A DNA stretch of 64,000 nt, taken from positions 3,437 to 67,436 of the forward strand of contig CANKBJ010000002.1 in assembly GCA_947479905.1 (NCBI GenBank), written 5' to 3'. This document shows, piece by piece, positions 9,777-20,603 of this stretch. Each line of letters opens with the position of its first letter. Within the stretch, counting starts at the first letter, position 1. The position numbers and the translations under genes were made by a program. The notes below the pieces were generated by a model that saw only the letters and a list, made by a program, of their open reading frames with translations, did not search any database and was not told the origin of the DNA. Source of the DNA: Bradyrhizobiaceae bacterium. Lineage in GTDB: Bacteria; Pseudomonadota; Alphaproteobacteria; Rhizobiales; Xanthobacteraceae.

Positions 9777-10980
9777 CGCGCCACGCGAAGTATGGATCAC
9801 CGGTATCGGCATCGTTTCTTGTCTGGGCGAAGGCGGCGAAACGCACTGGAAAAAGCTGATGGAGGGAAAGCCGTCAGGCGACGTTACGCTTTTTGCACCT
9901 TTCGTCGTGCATCCGATTACGCCGATCAATTTCGATACGCAGATCCCGAAGAAGGGCGATCAGCGTCAAATGGATTCCTGGCAGCGCATCGGCACCTATG
10001 CCGCTGGCCTCGCGCTCGATTCCGCCGGCGTTAAAGGCAATCTTGAACTTCTCTCGCACATGGATATGATCGTCGCCGCCGGCGGCGGCGAGCGCGATCT
10101 CAATGTCGACTCGACGATCCTGACCGGCACGCCGCACGCGGCCAACCCGGCCGCTTTCCTGAACGAGAAGCTGATGGGCGATCTGCGCCCGACGCTTTTT
10201 CTGGCGCAGCTCTCCAATTTGCTCGCCGGCAATATCTCGATCGTGCACGGCGTCACCGGATCGTCGCGCACATTCATGGGCGAGGAATCCTCCGGCGTCG
10301 ACGCGGTCCGCATCGCGCTGTCGCGCATTGCCGCCGGGCAAAGCGATATTGCGCTGGTTGGCGGCGCCCATAATGGCGAGCGGCCGGACCAATTGATGTT
10401 GTACGAATTCGCCGGCAACTGTCTCAAGGACCCGTACCGGCCGGTCTGGGAGCGCGACGCAAACGGCGGCGGTTTCGCGCTGGCCTCGCTCGGCGCGTTT
10501 CTGGTGATCGAAGCCAGGGAGCATGCCGAAAAGCGCGGCGCCAAGCCGCTAGCGCGCCTGACGGCTGTTTTGTCCGACCGCTCCAACCGCAAGCCTGGAG
10601 CTGCGACCGCGGCGCTGTCGCGGTTGTGGGACAAGCTCAAGGACAAGGTCAAATCCGGCCATGCCGCCGTTCTTTCCGGCGCGTCCGGCGCCAAGGCGGC
10701 GACGGCCGAGGAACGGACTTTTCTGGAGGCGCAAGTTCTGGAAGCCAAAGGCGACCTTGCCGTTCGCGCCACCGGCTCCTATCTCGGTCATGGGATGGAG
10801 CCGCAATTCCCGATGAACGTGGCCCTGGCGGTGGTCGCCTTGGGTCACGGTGAACTTTTCCCGCCCTGCGACGCGAGCGGGCTGGAAAAGCCGATGAGCG
10901 CACCATTAGATCAGGTTCTGGTCACCGGCGTCGGGCATTGGCGTGGCGAGGGACTCGCGCTGGTTGAGCGCGTCGGCTGA
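9769..10980 (+). CDS. fabF2XL: Beta-ketoacyl-ACP synthase-like subunit
   Basis: KAS fold (VWITGIGIVS, NLLAGNISI); cluster order. Confidence 0.9.
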   Translation: MADAPREVWITGIGIVSCLGEGGETHWKKLMEGKPSGDVTLFAPFVVHPITPINFDTQIPKKGDQRQMDSWQRIGTYAAGLALDSAGVKGNLELLSHMDMIVAAGGGERDLNVDSTILTGTPHAANPAAFLNEKLMGDLRPTLFLAQLSNLLAGNISIVHGVTGSSRTFMGEESSGVDAVRIALSRIAAGQSDIALVGGAHNGERPDQLMLYEFAGNCLKDPYRPVWERDANGGGFALASLGAFLVIEAREHAEKRGAKPLARLTAVLSDRSNRKPGAATAALSRLWDKLKDKVKSGHAAVLSGASGAKAATAEERTFLEAQVLEAKGDLAVRATGSYLGHGMEPQFPMNVALAVVALGHGELFPPCDASGLEKPMSAPLDQVLVTGVGHWRGEGLALVERVG

Positions 10981-10994
10981 CGGAGGGCACGCAG

Positions 10995-12281
10995 ATGGCA
11001 TCGGGCAAGAGTCGTTCAGGCCTGGATAAATTCGGCCGGCCGCTGGTTGTTGTGACCGGTCTCGGTGTCGTCACATCGCTCGGCGCCGGCAAGGCCGACA
11101 ACTGGGCGAAGCTTACCGGCGGCCAGTCCGGCATCCGCGCTATTAGCCGCTTCCCGACTGACGGTCTCAAGACGCGCATCGCCGGGACCATCGACTTTTT
11201 GACTCCCCAGCCTTCCACTGCGGGCCTCTGCGAATCATTCGCCGATCTCGTCGCCGAGGAAGCCATCGCCGAAGCCGGCATCGGCACGCCGGGAAATTTT
11301 CCCGGGCCCCTGTTCCTCGCCGTCCCGCCGATCGAAATCGAATGGACGCAGCGCATTGAAGTCGGCGCCCGTTCCGGCAGCAATGACAAGACGACCTATG
11401 CCGACCTGATGCGCGTCGCCACCCAGTTTCCCGACTATCATCAACGCTTCATGTTCGGCTCGGTCGCCGATCATCTGGCCGAGAAGTTCGGTACGCAGGG
11501 TTCGCCGATTTCGCTGTCGACCGCCTGCGCTTCCGGCGCCACCGCGATCCATCTCGGCGTCGAGGCCATCCGCCGCGGCGAGACCGACGCGGCGCTCTGC
11601 ATCGGCACTGACGGCTCGGTCAACCCGGAAGCCCTGGTCCGCTTCTCGCTGTTGTCGGCACTGTCGACCAACAACGACATTCCGCATGCCGCGTCGCGGC
11701 CTTTCTCGAAGAACCGCGATGGCTTCGTCATGGCCGAAGGCGCCGGCGCGCTGGTGCTGGAAAGTTATGACTCGGCCATCGCCCGCGGCGCCAGGATCAT
11801 CGGCGTCCTCGAAGGCTGCGGTGAAATGACCGACGCCTTTCATCGCACCCGCTCGAGCCCCGACGGCAAGCCGATCATCGGCTGCATCGCCTCAGCCATC
11901 AAGGATGCTGGCCTGACCCCGGACGACATCGACTACGTCAACGCGCACGGCACCTCGACGCCGGAAAACGACAAGATGGAATATCTCGGCGTTTCCACTG
12001 TCCTGGGCGAGCGCGCCAAGACCGTCCCTATCTCGTCGAACAAATCGATGATCGGTCATACCCTGTCAGCGGCCGGCGCGGTCGAAGCCGTGTTCTCGCT
12101 GCTGACGCTGAACAACCAGCGCATTCCGCCCACCATCAATCACGACATCCCCGACCCGGCCATCATGATGGACGTCGTCCCCAACAAGGCCCGCGACGCC
12201 CGCGTCACCCACGCCATTTCCAACTCGTTCGGATTTGGCGGACAGAACGTGTCGCTGGTGATGGGGCTGGAGCCGGCCTAA
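10995..12281 (+). CDS. fabF1XL: Beta-ketoacyl-ACP synthase II
   Basis: STACASG catalytic Cys, NAHGTST, GHTLSAAG, NSFGFGGQN. Confidence 0.93.
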   Translation: MASGKSRSGLDKFGRPLVVVTGLGVVTSLGAGKADNWAKLTGGQSGIRAISRFPTDGLKTRIAGTIDFLTPQPSTAGLCESFADLVAEEAIAEAGIGTPGNFPGPLFLAVPPIEIEWTQRIEVGARSGSNDKTTYADLMRVATQFPDYHQRFMFGSVADHLAEKFGTQGSPISLSTACASGATAIHLGVEAIRRGETDAALCIGTDGSVNPEALVRFSLLSALSTNNDIPHAASRPFSKNRDGFVMAEGAGALVLESYDSAIARGARIIGVLEGCGEMTDAFHRTRSSPDGKPIIGCIASAIKDAGLTPDDIDYVNAHGTSTPENDKMEYLGVSTVLGERAKTVPISSNKSMIGHTLSAAGAVEAVFSLLTLNNQRIPPTINHDIPDPAIMMDVVPNKARDARVTHAISNSFGFGGQNVSLVMGLEPA

Positions 12282-12314
12282 ACGTCAATACTGCCCTTAC
12301 GGCCAAAGAGAACC

Positions 12315-13337
12315 ATGCGCGCACTCCAACTCATCGGCGACCGCAAGCTCGAACTCGTCGAGGTGCCGGACCCCGCGCCGCCGGCCGCGGGCGAAGTACA
12401 GGTCCGCATCAAGGCGGTCGCGCTTAATCATCTCGACGTCTGGGGCTTTCGCGGCATGGCCTTCGCCAAGCGCAAGCTGCCGCTGGTCGTCGGCGCCGAG
12501 GCCTCGGCCGAAATCGCCGCGACTGGCGAAGGCGTCAGTAATTTCAAGCCCGGCGACAAGGTGGTCATGTATGGCGCGATGACCTGCGGACAATGCGAAG
12601 CGTGCCGCGAGGGCCGCGACAATCTGTGCGAAAACGTCGCCGGCATCATGGGCTTTCACCTCGACGGCTTTGCCCGCGATCTCATCAATCTGCCGGCCCG
12701 TCTCGTGATTCCGGTCCCGGCCGGCGTGTCGCTGCGCGACGCCGCCTGCGCGCCGATCGCCTTCGGCACCACCGAGCATATGCTGTTCGACAATGCCAGG
12801 TTGAGGCCCGGTGAGACCGTCCTGATTCATGCCGGAGGGTCAGGTATCGGGTCGGTCGCCATTAAAATGGCGAAAGCGCTCGGCTGCACCATCATCACCA
12901 CAGTCGGCGACGATACAAAAGCCGAGAAGGCTAAGGCGCTCGGCGCCGATCACGTTATCAACTACAAGACCGAACGCTTTGAAGGCGTGGTGCGCAAGAT
13001 CACGAAAAAGAAAGGCGTCGACGTCGTATTTGAGCATGTCGGCGGCGAAGGCTTCAATGCGTCGCTGTTCTGTCTCAAGCGCGGCGGACGGCTGGTGACC
13101 TGCGGCTCGACGGCGGGACCGACCGTCACCATCAATCTCATGCAGTTGTTCCAGCAGCAGTATAAAATTCTTGCGTCCTTCGGCTGCAACATGCGCAACA
13201 TCCGCGATTGTCTTTCCAAGATGGCCGCCGGCATGGCGCCGATCATCGACAGCGAATTTTCGCTGGGCGATTTCGAACGCGGCCTTGAGCGGCTGGAAGG
13301 CCGCCAGGTATTCGGCAAAGTGATTGTCAATTTCTGA
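12315..13337 (+). CDS. adhA2XL: Zn-binding alcohol dehydrogenase family protein (VLCFA)
   Basis: CGQCEACREGRDNLC structural Zn motif, GGSGIG; cluster order. Confidence 0.9.
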   Translation: MRALQLIGDRKLELVEVPDPAPPAAGEVQVRIKAVALNHLDVWGFRGMAFAKRKLPLVVGAEASAEIAATGEGVSNFKPGDKVVMYGAMTCGQCEACREGRDNLCENVAGIMGFHLDGFARDLINLPARLVIPVPAGVSLRDAACAPIAFGTTEHMLFDNARLRPGETVLIHAGGSGIGSVAIKMAKALGCTIITTVGDDTKAEKAKALGADHVINYKTERFEGVVRKITKKKGVDVVFEHVGGEGFNASLFCLKRGGRLVTCGSTAGPTVTINLMQLFQQQYKILASFGCNMRNIRDCLSKMAAGMAPIIDSEFSLGDFERGLERLEGRQVFGKVIVNF

Positions 13338-14311
13338 TGCTGACCCGGATCAAACGCCACTTGCGTCACACCTTGAAGAACGTCGGCGGCGCCGTTGCCG
13401 GCAACCTCGCGGTCGGCCTGCTCGGGCTTATCCGGCGCGTCGATCTCGAAGCAATGGCGAATCTCGGCGGCTTTTTGGCCCGCAGCCTCGGACCGCTGTT
13501 CAAGGAAAACCGTATCGCGCGCGACAGCCTGATCATGGCTTTCCCGGAGAAATCCGCGACTGAGATCGACACGATCCTGCGCGGCGCCTGGGACAATCTC
13601 GGCCGCGTCGGCGCCGAATTCGCCCAGCTCGACCGGCTATGGGACTACGACCCGGCGCATCCGGAGAAGCCGAGCCGCGTCGAGTTTCGCCAAGCCGATA
13701 CCGAACGGTTCGATCGTCTCTCCAATGACGGCAAGCCAGCGCTGATTTTCGCCGCGCATCTGGCGAACTGGGAATTGCCGGCGATCTGCGCCGCGACACA
13801 TAAGCTCGACAGCGCGGTTTTGTACCGCCGCCCCAACATCGCCGCCGTCGAACGCTGGCTGCGCCAGACCCGTAGCGCCAGCATGGGAACACTGATCGCC
13901 ACCGGGCTCGATGCGCCGATGAAAATCGCCGACGCGCTCAAGCGAGGCCTGCACGTTGGCATGCTTGTCGATCAGTATTTCGTGCGGGGCGTCGAGGTGA
14001 CCTTCTTCGGCCAGCGCACCATGGCCAATCCACTATTGGCGCGCCTCGCCCAGCATTTCGATTGCCCGATCCATGGCACCCGCATCGTGCGCCTGCCGGG
14101 TCACCGCTTCCGTGTCGAATTGACCGAGGAAATCCAGCCGGCACGCGATGCGCGGGGCAAGATCGACGTCGCCGCCACCACCCAGATCATCATCAATGTG
14201 ATCGAGGGCTGGATCCGCGAACATCCCGAGCAGTGGCTCTGGCAGCACCGGCGCTGGCGGCCCGAGGACATGACACGCCGTCATGAAGCGCAGCGTCAGG
14301 CCGGGGCGTAA
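13337..14311 (+). CDS. lpxXL: Lipid A very-long-chain acyltransferase
   Basis: HLANWE, LVDQ and PEQWLWQHRRW motifs; TGATG coupling to adhA2XL. Confidence 0.92.
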   Translation: MLTRIKRHLRHTLKNVGGAVAGNLAVGLLGLIRRVDLEAMANLGGFLARSLGPLFKENRIARDSLIMAFPEKSATEIDTILRGAWDNLGRVGAEFAQLDRLWDYDPAHPEKPSRVEFRQADTERFDRLSNDGKPALIFAAHLANWELPAICAATHKLDSAVLYRRPNIAAVERWLRQTRSASMGTLIATGLDAPMKIADALKRGLHVGMLVDQYFVRGVEVTFFGQRTMANPLLARLAQHFDCPIHGTRIVRLPGHRFRVELTEEIQPARDARGKIDVAATTQIIINVIEGWIREHPEQWLWQHRRWRPEDMTRRHEAQRQAGA

Positions 14312-14314
14312 GGC

Positions 14315-14653
14315 TCAGCTTTTGGTCGGCAGGCCGGCGGCCTTCCACGCGATGATGCCGCCGGCCATATGGGCGCTGTAGGGATAACCGGCGTCCTGGG
14401 CCGCGACCGAGGCGGTAATCGAGCGCCGGCCGGAACGGCAGGCGAACACCACCTGCTTGCCCCGCGGGTCGGGAATGGCGGCCGGGTCGAACGCCGACAG
14501 CGGCACGATCACCGCCTCGGGATAGGCCTCCACCGCCGTCTCGTTGAGTTCGCGCACATCCACCAGCAGCATGCGCCCGGCCCGCAAGCCCGCCGCCACC
14601 TCGTCCGGCGTCAGGTTGGTCACTTCGTCGGCGCGCGGCATTTCATCGGCCAT
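14315..14653 (-). CDS. Single-domain rhodanese
   Basis: LVDVRE, FACRSGRRS, GGIIAW. Confidence 0.88.
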   Translation of the reverse strand: MADEMPRADEVTNLTPDEVAAGLRAGRMLLVDVRELNETAVEAYPEAVIVPLSAFDPAAIPDPRGKQVVFACRSGRRSITASVAAQDAGYPYSAHMAGGIIAWKAAGLPTKS

Positions 14654-14764
14654 GGCGGAACTCCATCGGGCAGAACGTGAGAGAAGACGCGGGTCCACCG
14701 CGAAAACACGCCCGATTTCTAGCCGGATTTCGCACTCCGCGCACGCGCCTTTTTCCGCCGAAGC

Positions 14765-16687
14765 CTAGACGGTCACCTGCGTACCAACCTCCACAACGCG
14801 CCCGGTCGGAATCTGGAAGAAGTCGGTGGCGTCCGAGGCCGAACGCGCCAGCGCGATGAACAGGTGGTCCTGCCAGCCCGGCATGCCGGACTGCGACGAC
14901 GGCCGCAGCGTCCGGCGCGACAGAAAGAACGACGTCGACATGATATCGAACTGCCAGCCGTGCTTGCGCGCGATCGCCAGAGCCTTGGGCACGTTTGGCT
15001 CATCCATGTAACCGAACTTCAGCGTCACGCGCGCGAAATGCTCGGACAATGGCGTGTACTGCACACGGTCTTCGTCCGGCACGCGCGGCGTGTCGGATGT
15101 GACGATGGTCAAGATGACATTGTGCTCGTGCAGAACCTTGTTGTGCTTCAGATTGTGCAGCATCGCCGTGGGCGCGAATTCCGGATCGCTGGTCAGAAAC
15201 ACCGCGGTGCCCGGCACGACGTGCGGCAGCTTCTTTTCCAGACTGCGGAACAGAGTATCGATCGGAACTTCCGTGCGCCGCGTCTTGCTGATGAGAATGC
15301 CCGATCCGCGCCGCCAGGTCAGAATGATCATCACCATGGTGACGCCGAACAGCAGCGGCGCCCACGCGCCCTCGAACAGCTTCAACATATTGGCGGAGAA
15401 GAAAGTCGCGTCGATAATGACGAACGGAACGATCAGCAGCAAGGCCTGCCAAAGCTTCCATTTCCACAAATGCCAGACCACGAAAAACGCCAGCAGCGAA
15501 TCCATCACCATCGTGGTTGCCACCGCGATGCCGTAGGCCGACGCCAGCGCGCCGGAGGTCTTGAACAGGCCAACCAGCAGCAGCACGCCGATGAGAAGCG
15601 CGATCGTCACGCGCGGGATGTAAATCTGTCCGACATGCGAGGCCGAGGTGTGCAGGATCGCGAGGCGCGGCAGAAGCCCGAGTTGAATCGCCTGATGCAC
15701 CAGCGAATAAGCACCGGTAATCACGGCCTGGCTGGCGATGACGGTCGCCGCGGTGGCCAACAAGATCATCGGGATCAGGAAGCCCTCCGGCACCAAACGG
15801 TAGAACGGGCTTTCGATCGCCGCCGGATCGGCCAATACCTTGGCGCCCTGGCCGAAATAATTGATCAGCAAGGCCGGCAGCACCAATCCGAGCCAGGCAA
15901 TCTGGATGGGCTTGCGGCCGAAATGGCCAAGATCGGCGTAAAGCGCCTCGCCGCCGGTGACGACCAGAAATACCGCGCCCAACGTAATCAGGCCGATCTG
16001 CCCGTGCGTCAATAGAAACGAAACGCCGTAATACGGATTGAGCGCCAGCAGCACATGCGGATCATCGGCGATATGCAGGCCGCCGGCAACGGCGATCGCG
16101 ACAAACCAGACGATCATCACCGGACCGAACAGCTCGGCGACCTTGGCGGTGCCGCGGCTTTGCGCGGCAAACAGGCAGATCAGAATGATCACCGCCAGCG
16201 GCGCAACATATTCGCTGAACGCCGGGTTGGCGAGCTTGAGACCTTCAACCGCCGACAGCACCGAAATCGCCGGCGTAATCACCGAATCGCCGAGGAACAT
16301 GGCGGCGCCGATCACGCCGAGCAGCAGGATCAGCGGTGTCCGGCGGCCGGACGCGCGCGTTACCAGCGCCATCAGAGAAAGCGTGCCGCCCTCGCCGTTA
16401 TTGTCTGCCCGCAACAGCAGGAGCACATATTTCAGGGTCACGGTGACGATCAGCGCCCAGACGATCAGCGACAAGACGCCGAGCACGATGTCGCTGGTGA
16501 CGCCGCGGTCGCTGCTGGCCGCCAGCACCGCTTCGCGAAACGCATAGAGCGGACTGGTGCCGATATCGCCATAGACGACGCCGACGCTGCCGACGGCAAG
16601 CGCGACAAAGCTCGGCGGCGCAACCTGGCCATGGCTCGCATTGGTGGGCTCGGCCGATACTGCCGTTTCGTTCACACTGTCTCTCAT
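14765..16687 (-). CDS. kup: Kup potassium transporter
   Basis: [44 protein letters not shown]. Confidence 0.97.
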   Translation of the reverse strand: MRDSVNETAVSAEPTNASHGQVAPPSFVALAVGSVGVVYGDIGTSPLYAFREAVLAASSDRGVTSDIVLGVLSLIVWALIVTVTLKYVLLLLRADNNGEGGTLSLMALVTRASGRRTPLILLLGVIGAAMFLGDSVITPAISVLSAVEGLKLANPAFSEYVAPLAVIILICLFAAQSRGTAKVAELFGPVMIVWFVAIAVAGGLHIADDPHVLLALNPYYGVSFLLTHGQIGLITLGAVFLVVTGGEALYADLGHFGRKPIQIAWLGLVLPALLINYFGQGAKVLADPAAIESPFYRLVPEGFLIPMILLATAATVIASQAVITGAYSLVHQAIQLGLLPRLAILHTSASHVGQIYIPRVTIALLIGVLLLVGLFKTSGALASAYGIAVATTMVMDSLLAFFVVWHLWKWKLWQALLLIVPFVIIDATFFSANMLKLFEGAWAPLLFGVTMVMIILTWRRGSGILISKTRRTEVPIDTLFRSLEKKLPHVVPGTAVFLTSDPEFAPTAMLHNLKHNKVLHEHNVILTIVTSDTPRVPDEDRVQYTPLSEHFARVTLKFGYMDEPNVPKALAIARKHGWQFDIMSTSFFLSRRTLRPSSQSGMPGWQDHLFIALARSASDATDFFQIPTGRVVEVGTQVTV

Positions 16688-16814
16688 GAAGTCTTGCGAG
16701 GGCCCTAGGACCGGAAGGCCGCGCTTATAGCATCGAGGCCGCCGTGAGAATACCGGCGTTCGGCTAATGCCTGTTGATGAAAATCAATCGCGCTGGAACT
16801 CTTAAGATCGTGGG

Positions 16815-17642
16815 TCAGGGGCTCAAATCGACCGGAATCGGCGGTTCTTCCCGCATCAGGGTAATGGTCACCCGCCGGTTCGGCGACATCGACGGATTAT
16901 CCGGAAACAACGGCTCGTTGTCGGCCTTGCCGGCAACCATGTAGAAATTGCCAGCCGGTACGCCCTCGGCGGCAAGAATCTGGCGCACCGCATTGGCGCG
17001 GTCGGCCGACAATTCCCACGGACCATATCCGGGCCTGGGCGGAACCTTGCTGGTCGCGGTGTGACCGGAAATGGAAATGCGGAACGGCATCGCCTTGAGC
17101 GACGGCCCCAGCTTCTGAATCATCTGTCGCGTGCGCTCGTAAGGCTCCTTGGCGCCCTCGGCGAACATCGAGCGGCCGTCCTGGTCGACGATCTCGATAT
17201 TGAGGCCCTGCTTGGTTTCCTCCAGCATTATGTGCTTGGACGCCTCGGAAATCTCCGGCATGTTTTGCAGGGCCTGACGCAGCGACGCGGACGCCAACGC
17301 GAATTTGCGGTCTTCCTTGAAGCGCGCGCCATAACTGCGGTTGCGGTCGTTGTCGTCCGGCGCCGGCGTCGCCGAAGCGTCCTTCGGATCGATATTGGCG
17401 ACGTTCTTGAGTTTCGGCCGGGTTGGCAGCCCCATGACCTCGATGACGCCGGAATAGCGCACCTTGTCCTGCACGCCGAAGGCATCGCGCATCGAGCCGG
17501 CGACGACCTGGAGCTTGGCGGCGTCCTGGGTCGAAAACGCGACCAGCATCACGAAGAACGCCACCAGGAGCGCCATAAGATCGGCGAAGGTTACGAACCA
17601 GCCGTGGCCGCCTTCATGTCCGCCGCGCTTCTTTTTAGCCAT
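16815..17642 (-). CDS. motB: Flagellar motor stator MotB
   Basis: WFVTFADLMALL TM motif, OmpA-like WELSADRA and NRRV. Confidence 0.93.
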   Translation of the reverse strand: MAKKKRGGHEGGHGWFVTFADLMALLVAFFVMLVAFSTQDAAKLQVVAGSMRDAFGVQDKVRYSGVIEVMGLPTRPKLKNVANIDPKDASATPAPDDNDRNRSYGARFKEDRKFALASASLRQALQNMPEISEASKHIMLEETKQGLNIEIVDQDGRSMFAEGAKEPYERTRQMIQKLGPSLKAMPFRISISGHTATSKVPPRPGYGPWELSADRANAVRQILAAEGVPAGNFYMVAGKADNEPLFPDNPSMSPNRRVTITLMREEPPIPVDLSP

Positions 17643-17654
17643 AGCGGTTGTCCG

Positions 17655-18440
17655 TTAGGCCGCGGCCGGTTCGGCCTCGCCGTCCTCAAGCGCGTGGCGG
17701 TGCTTTTCCGGGAGATAGGCCAACAGCATTTCGCGCACCAGCGTCGGACTTTTGGCTTCACGGATCATCAAAATGCCGTCGATGATCAGCGAGCGATTGA
17801 TTTCCTCTTCGATCAACTTGACATGCAGCTTGTCGGCGATCGGCAGACAGAACATGTTGGCGACGGTCGCGCCGTAAAACGTCGCCAGCAACGCGCCGGC
17901 CATGAACGGGCCGAGCTTGGAAGGATCCGACATGTTCGAGAACATCTGCACCATGCCGATCAGCGTACCGATCATGCCGAAGGCCGGCGCGCAGTCGCCA
18001 ATGGCCCTGTAGATCTTTCCGCCTTCGTCGAGATGGGTGAGGAAGTTGTCGCGGTCGCGCTCGAGATTGTCGCGGATAAAATTGGTGTCGTAGCCGTCGG
18101 CGACGAAGCGGATGCCTTTGGCCAGGAACGGATCGTCGATCTCGACTTTTTCCAGCCCGACCGGGCCCGACTTGCGGGCGACTTCGGCGATGCCGGCGAT
18201 TTCGTCGACCAGTTCGCGCTGGGTCGTGCGCCGCTGCGAGAATGCGTATTTCATGCCGAGCGGCATGCCGTGCATGATCGCCGAGAATGGGAAGCGGATC
18301 ATGGTGGCGGACAGCGCGCCGCCGAAAATCAGGATGGCCGCGTGATCGTTCCAGAACATGTGGAGATCACCGCCCATCAGAATGACGATGGTGATCACGC
18401 CGACGCCGGCGGCCAGACCCAGACTTGTCGCTAAATCCAT
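17655..18440 (-). CDS. motA: Flagellar motor stator MotA
   Basis: APAFGMIGTLIGMV, ALLATFYG; upstream of motB. Confidence 0.92.
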   Translation of the reverse strand: MDLATSLGLAAGVGVITIVILMGGDLHMFWNDHAAILIFGGALSATMIRFPFSAIMHGMPLGMKYAFSQRRTTQRELVDEIAGIAEVARKSGPVGLEKVEIDDPFLAKGIRFVADGYDTNFIRDNLERDRDNFLTHLDEGGKIYRAIGDCAPAFGMIGTLIGMVQMFSNMSDPSKLGPFMAGALLATFYGATVANMFCLPIADKLHVKLIEEEINRSLIIDGILMIREAKSPTLVREMLLAYLPEKHRHALEDGEAEPAAA

Positions 18441-18515
18441 AACGCTACCCCACCGACGCAAACCGACACCGGAGCCGTGAAAACCGGCTCCGTATCGAGA
18501 CCCTAGACCGACGCT

Positions 18516-18531
18516 GTTAAGAGGCCGTAAA
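18516..18531 (-). promoter_or_regulatory. Probable CtrA box upstream of motAB
   Basis: Minus strand TTTA-N7-TTAAC, one mismatch to TTAA-N7-TTAAC. Confidence 0.55.
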
Positions 18532-18684
18532 GGCTACCGGCTGCTGAAATGAATCTGCTCGTCCGGCGCCGACAAACCTGTGATCCGGCCGACAGATGCT
18601 GTAAAAACCCTTGCGAAAGGGTATCAAGTCGCCGGCTGGCGGACCTGGTGCCTTAAAGAAGAATTAACCGGAGGAGAGTGACTC

Positions 18685-20181
18685 ATGCGCGATATTGGCC
18701 ATTTCATCGGCGGCAAGACGGTCAAGGGAGCCTCCGGGCGCACCGGCGACGTCTTCGATCCCAATACCGGTGACGTGCAGGCCAAGGTCGCGCTCGCCAG
18801 CAAAGCCGAGGTCGAGGCCGCGATCGCCAACGCCGAAGCCGCGCAGCCAGCCTGGGCCGCCACTAATCCGCAACGCCGCGCCCGCGTGATGTTCAAGTTT
18901 CTCGAACTCGTGAACAAGGAATACGACGAGCTCGCCAAACTCCTGTCGTCCGAGCACGGTAAGACCGTACCGGATGCGCGCGGCGATATTCAGCGCGGCC
19001 TCGAAGTGGTCGAATTTGCCTGCGGCATTCCCCACCTGCTCAAGGGCGAATACACCGAAGGCGCCGGGCCCGGCATCGATCTTTATTCGGTGCGCCAGCC
19101 GCTCGGCGTCGTCGCCGGTATCACGCCCTTCAATTTCCCGGCGATGATCCCCTTGTGGAAGTGCGCGCCGGCCATCGCCTGCGGCAACGCCTTCGTCCTC
19201 AAGCCGTCCGAGCGCGACCCGTCCGTGCCGATGCGGATCGCCGAACTGTTTCTCGAAGCCGGTTTGCCGCCGGGCATTCTCAACGTCGTCAATGGCGACA
19301 AGGAAGCGGTCGACACGCTGCTCACCGACCGCCGCATTCAGGCGGTCGGTTTCGTCGGCTCATCCGACATCGCGCAATACATCTATTCGACCGCGGCCGC
19401 GCACGGTAAACGCGCGCAATGCTTCGGCGGCGCCAAGAACCACATGATCGTCATGCCGGATGCCGACATCGACCAGGCGGTCGACGCGCTGATCGGCGCC
19501 GGCTACGGCTCGGCCGGCGAACGCTGCATGGCGATCTCGGTCGCCGTGCCGGTCGGCAAGAAGACCGCCGATCTCTTGATGGAAAAGCTTATCCCGCGCG
19601 TCGAGAGCCTGAAGATCGGCCTGTCGACCGATGCACAGGCCGATTACGGCCCGGTCGTCACCAAGGCAGCGCTCAACCGGATCAGGGATTATGTCGATAC
19701 CGGCGTCAAGGAAGGCGCGACGCTCGCGGTCGATGGCCGCGGCTTCAAGATGCAAGGCTACGAGAGCGGCTTCTTCATGGGCGGCTGTCTGTTCGACAAC
19801 GTCACATCGGACATGAAAATCTACAAGGAAGAAATCTTCGGGCCGGTTCTGTCCGTCGTGCGGGCGAAGAACTATGAGGAAGCGCTGCGCCTGCCGAACG
19901 AACATGACTACGGCAACGGCGTCGCCATCTACACCCGCGATGGCGACACCGCGCGCGACTTCGTCAACCGCGTGCAGGTCGGTATGGTCGGCGTCAATTT
20001 CCCGATCCCCGTGCCGCTCGCCTATCACACCTTCGGCGGCTGGAAGCGCTCGGGCTTCGGCGATCTCAACCAGCATGGTCCGGATTCGGTGCGCTTCTAT
20101 ACAAAGACCAAGACCGTCACCCAGCGCTGGCCGAGCGGCACCAAGGAAGGCGCCGAGTTCTCGATCCCGACGATGAAGTAA
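18685..20181 (+). CDS. mmsA: CoA-acylating methylmalonate-semialdehyde dehydrogenase
   Basis: ITPFNFPAMIP, KPSERDP, GAKNH, AGERCMA, EEIFGPV. Confidence 0.95.
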   Translation: MRDIGHFIGGKTVKGASGRTGDVFDPNTGDVQAKVALASKAEVEAAIANAEAAQPAWAATNPQRRARVMFKFLELVNKEYDELAKLLSSEHGKTVPDARGDIQRGLEVVEFACGIPHLLKGEYTEGAGPGIDLYSVRQPLGVVAGITPFNFPAMIPLWKCAPAIACGNAFVLKPSERDPSVPMRIAELFLEAGLPPGILNVVNGDKEAVDTLLTDRRIQAVGFVGSSDIAQYIYSTAAAHGKRAQCFGGAKNHMIVMPDADIDQAVDALIGAGYGSAGERCMAISVAVPVGKKTADLLMEKLIPRVESLKIGLSTDAQADYGPVVTKAALNRIRDYVDTGVKEGATLAVDGRGFKMQGYESGFFMGGCLFDNVTSDMKIYKEEIFGPVLSVVRAKNYEEALRLPNEHDYGNGVAIYTRDGDTARDFVNRVQVGMVGVNFPIPVPLAYHTFGGWKRSGFGDLNQHGPDSVRFYTKTKTVTQRWPSGTKEGAEFSIPTMK

Positions 20182-20194
20182 CGGCGGAGCCGGC

Positions 20195-20569
20195 ATGAGC
20201 GGCTGGCGAATAGCGGTGCCAATGCTGATCGCAGCCGCGCTCGCCGGCTGCGCCGGCGGCGCGTCGTTGCTGCCGGATTCGGCGCCACCTCCGGCCGAAC
20301 TGGCCATGCCCGGCCGCTGGATGCTGGCGGCGCCGAATGCGCCCGCTTGCGGCCTGAGTTTCACCGCCAGACCAGGCGCGAGCGAAGGCACTGTCTCGCC
20401 CGAAGGCGGCTGCCCGGAACGTTTCTTCACCAGCCGGCGCTGGTCGCTGCGGCAAAGCGCGCTCACCATCAGCGACGACAGCAACAATGAACTCGCCCAG
20501 CTCAGTTATGCGGGCGACCGCTTCGAAGGAAAATCCAGTTCCGGCACGGTGCTGACGCTCGCGCGTTAG
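20195..20569 (+). CDS. AprI/Inh-like lipoprotein
   Basis: Lipobox LAGC, GRW...CGL...GGC pattern. Confidence 0.65.
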   Translation: MSGWRIAVPMLIAAALAGCAGGASLLPDSAPPPAELAMPGRWMLAAPNAPACGLSFTARPGASEGTVSPEGGCPERFFTSRRWSLRQSALTISDDSNNELAQLSYAGDRFEGKSSSGTVLTLAR

Positions 20570-20603
20570 CCCTCTCATCACCGGCGACATAAAGGCGCAT
20601 CCG

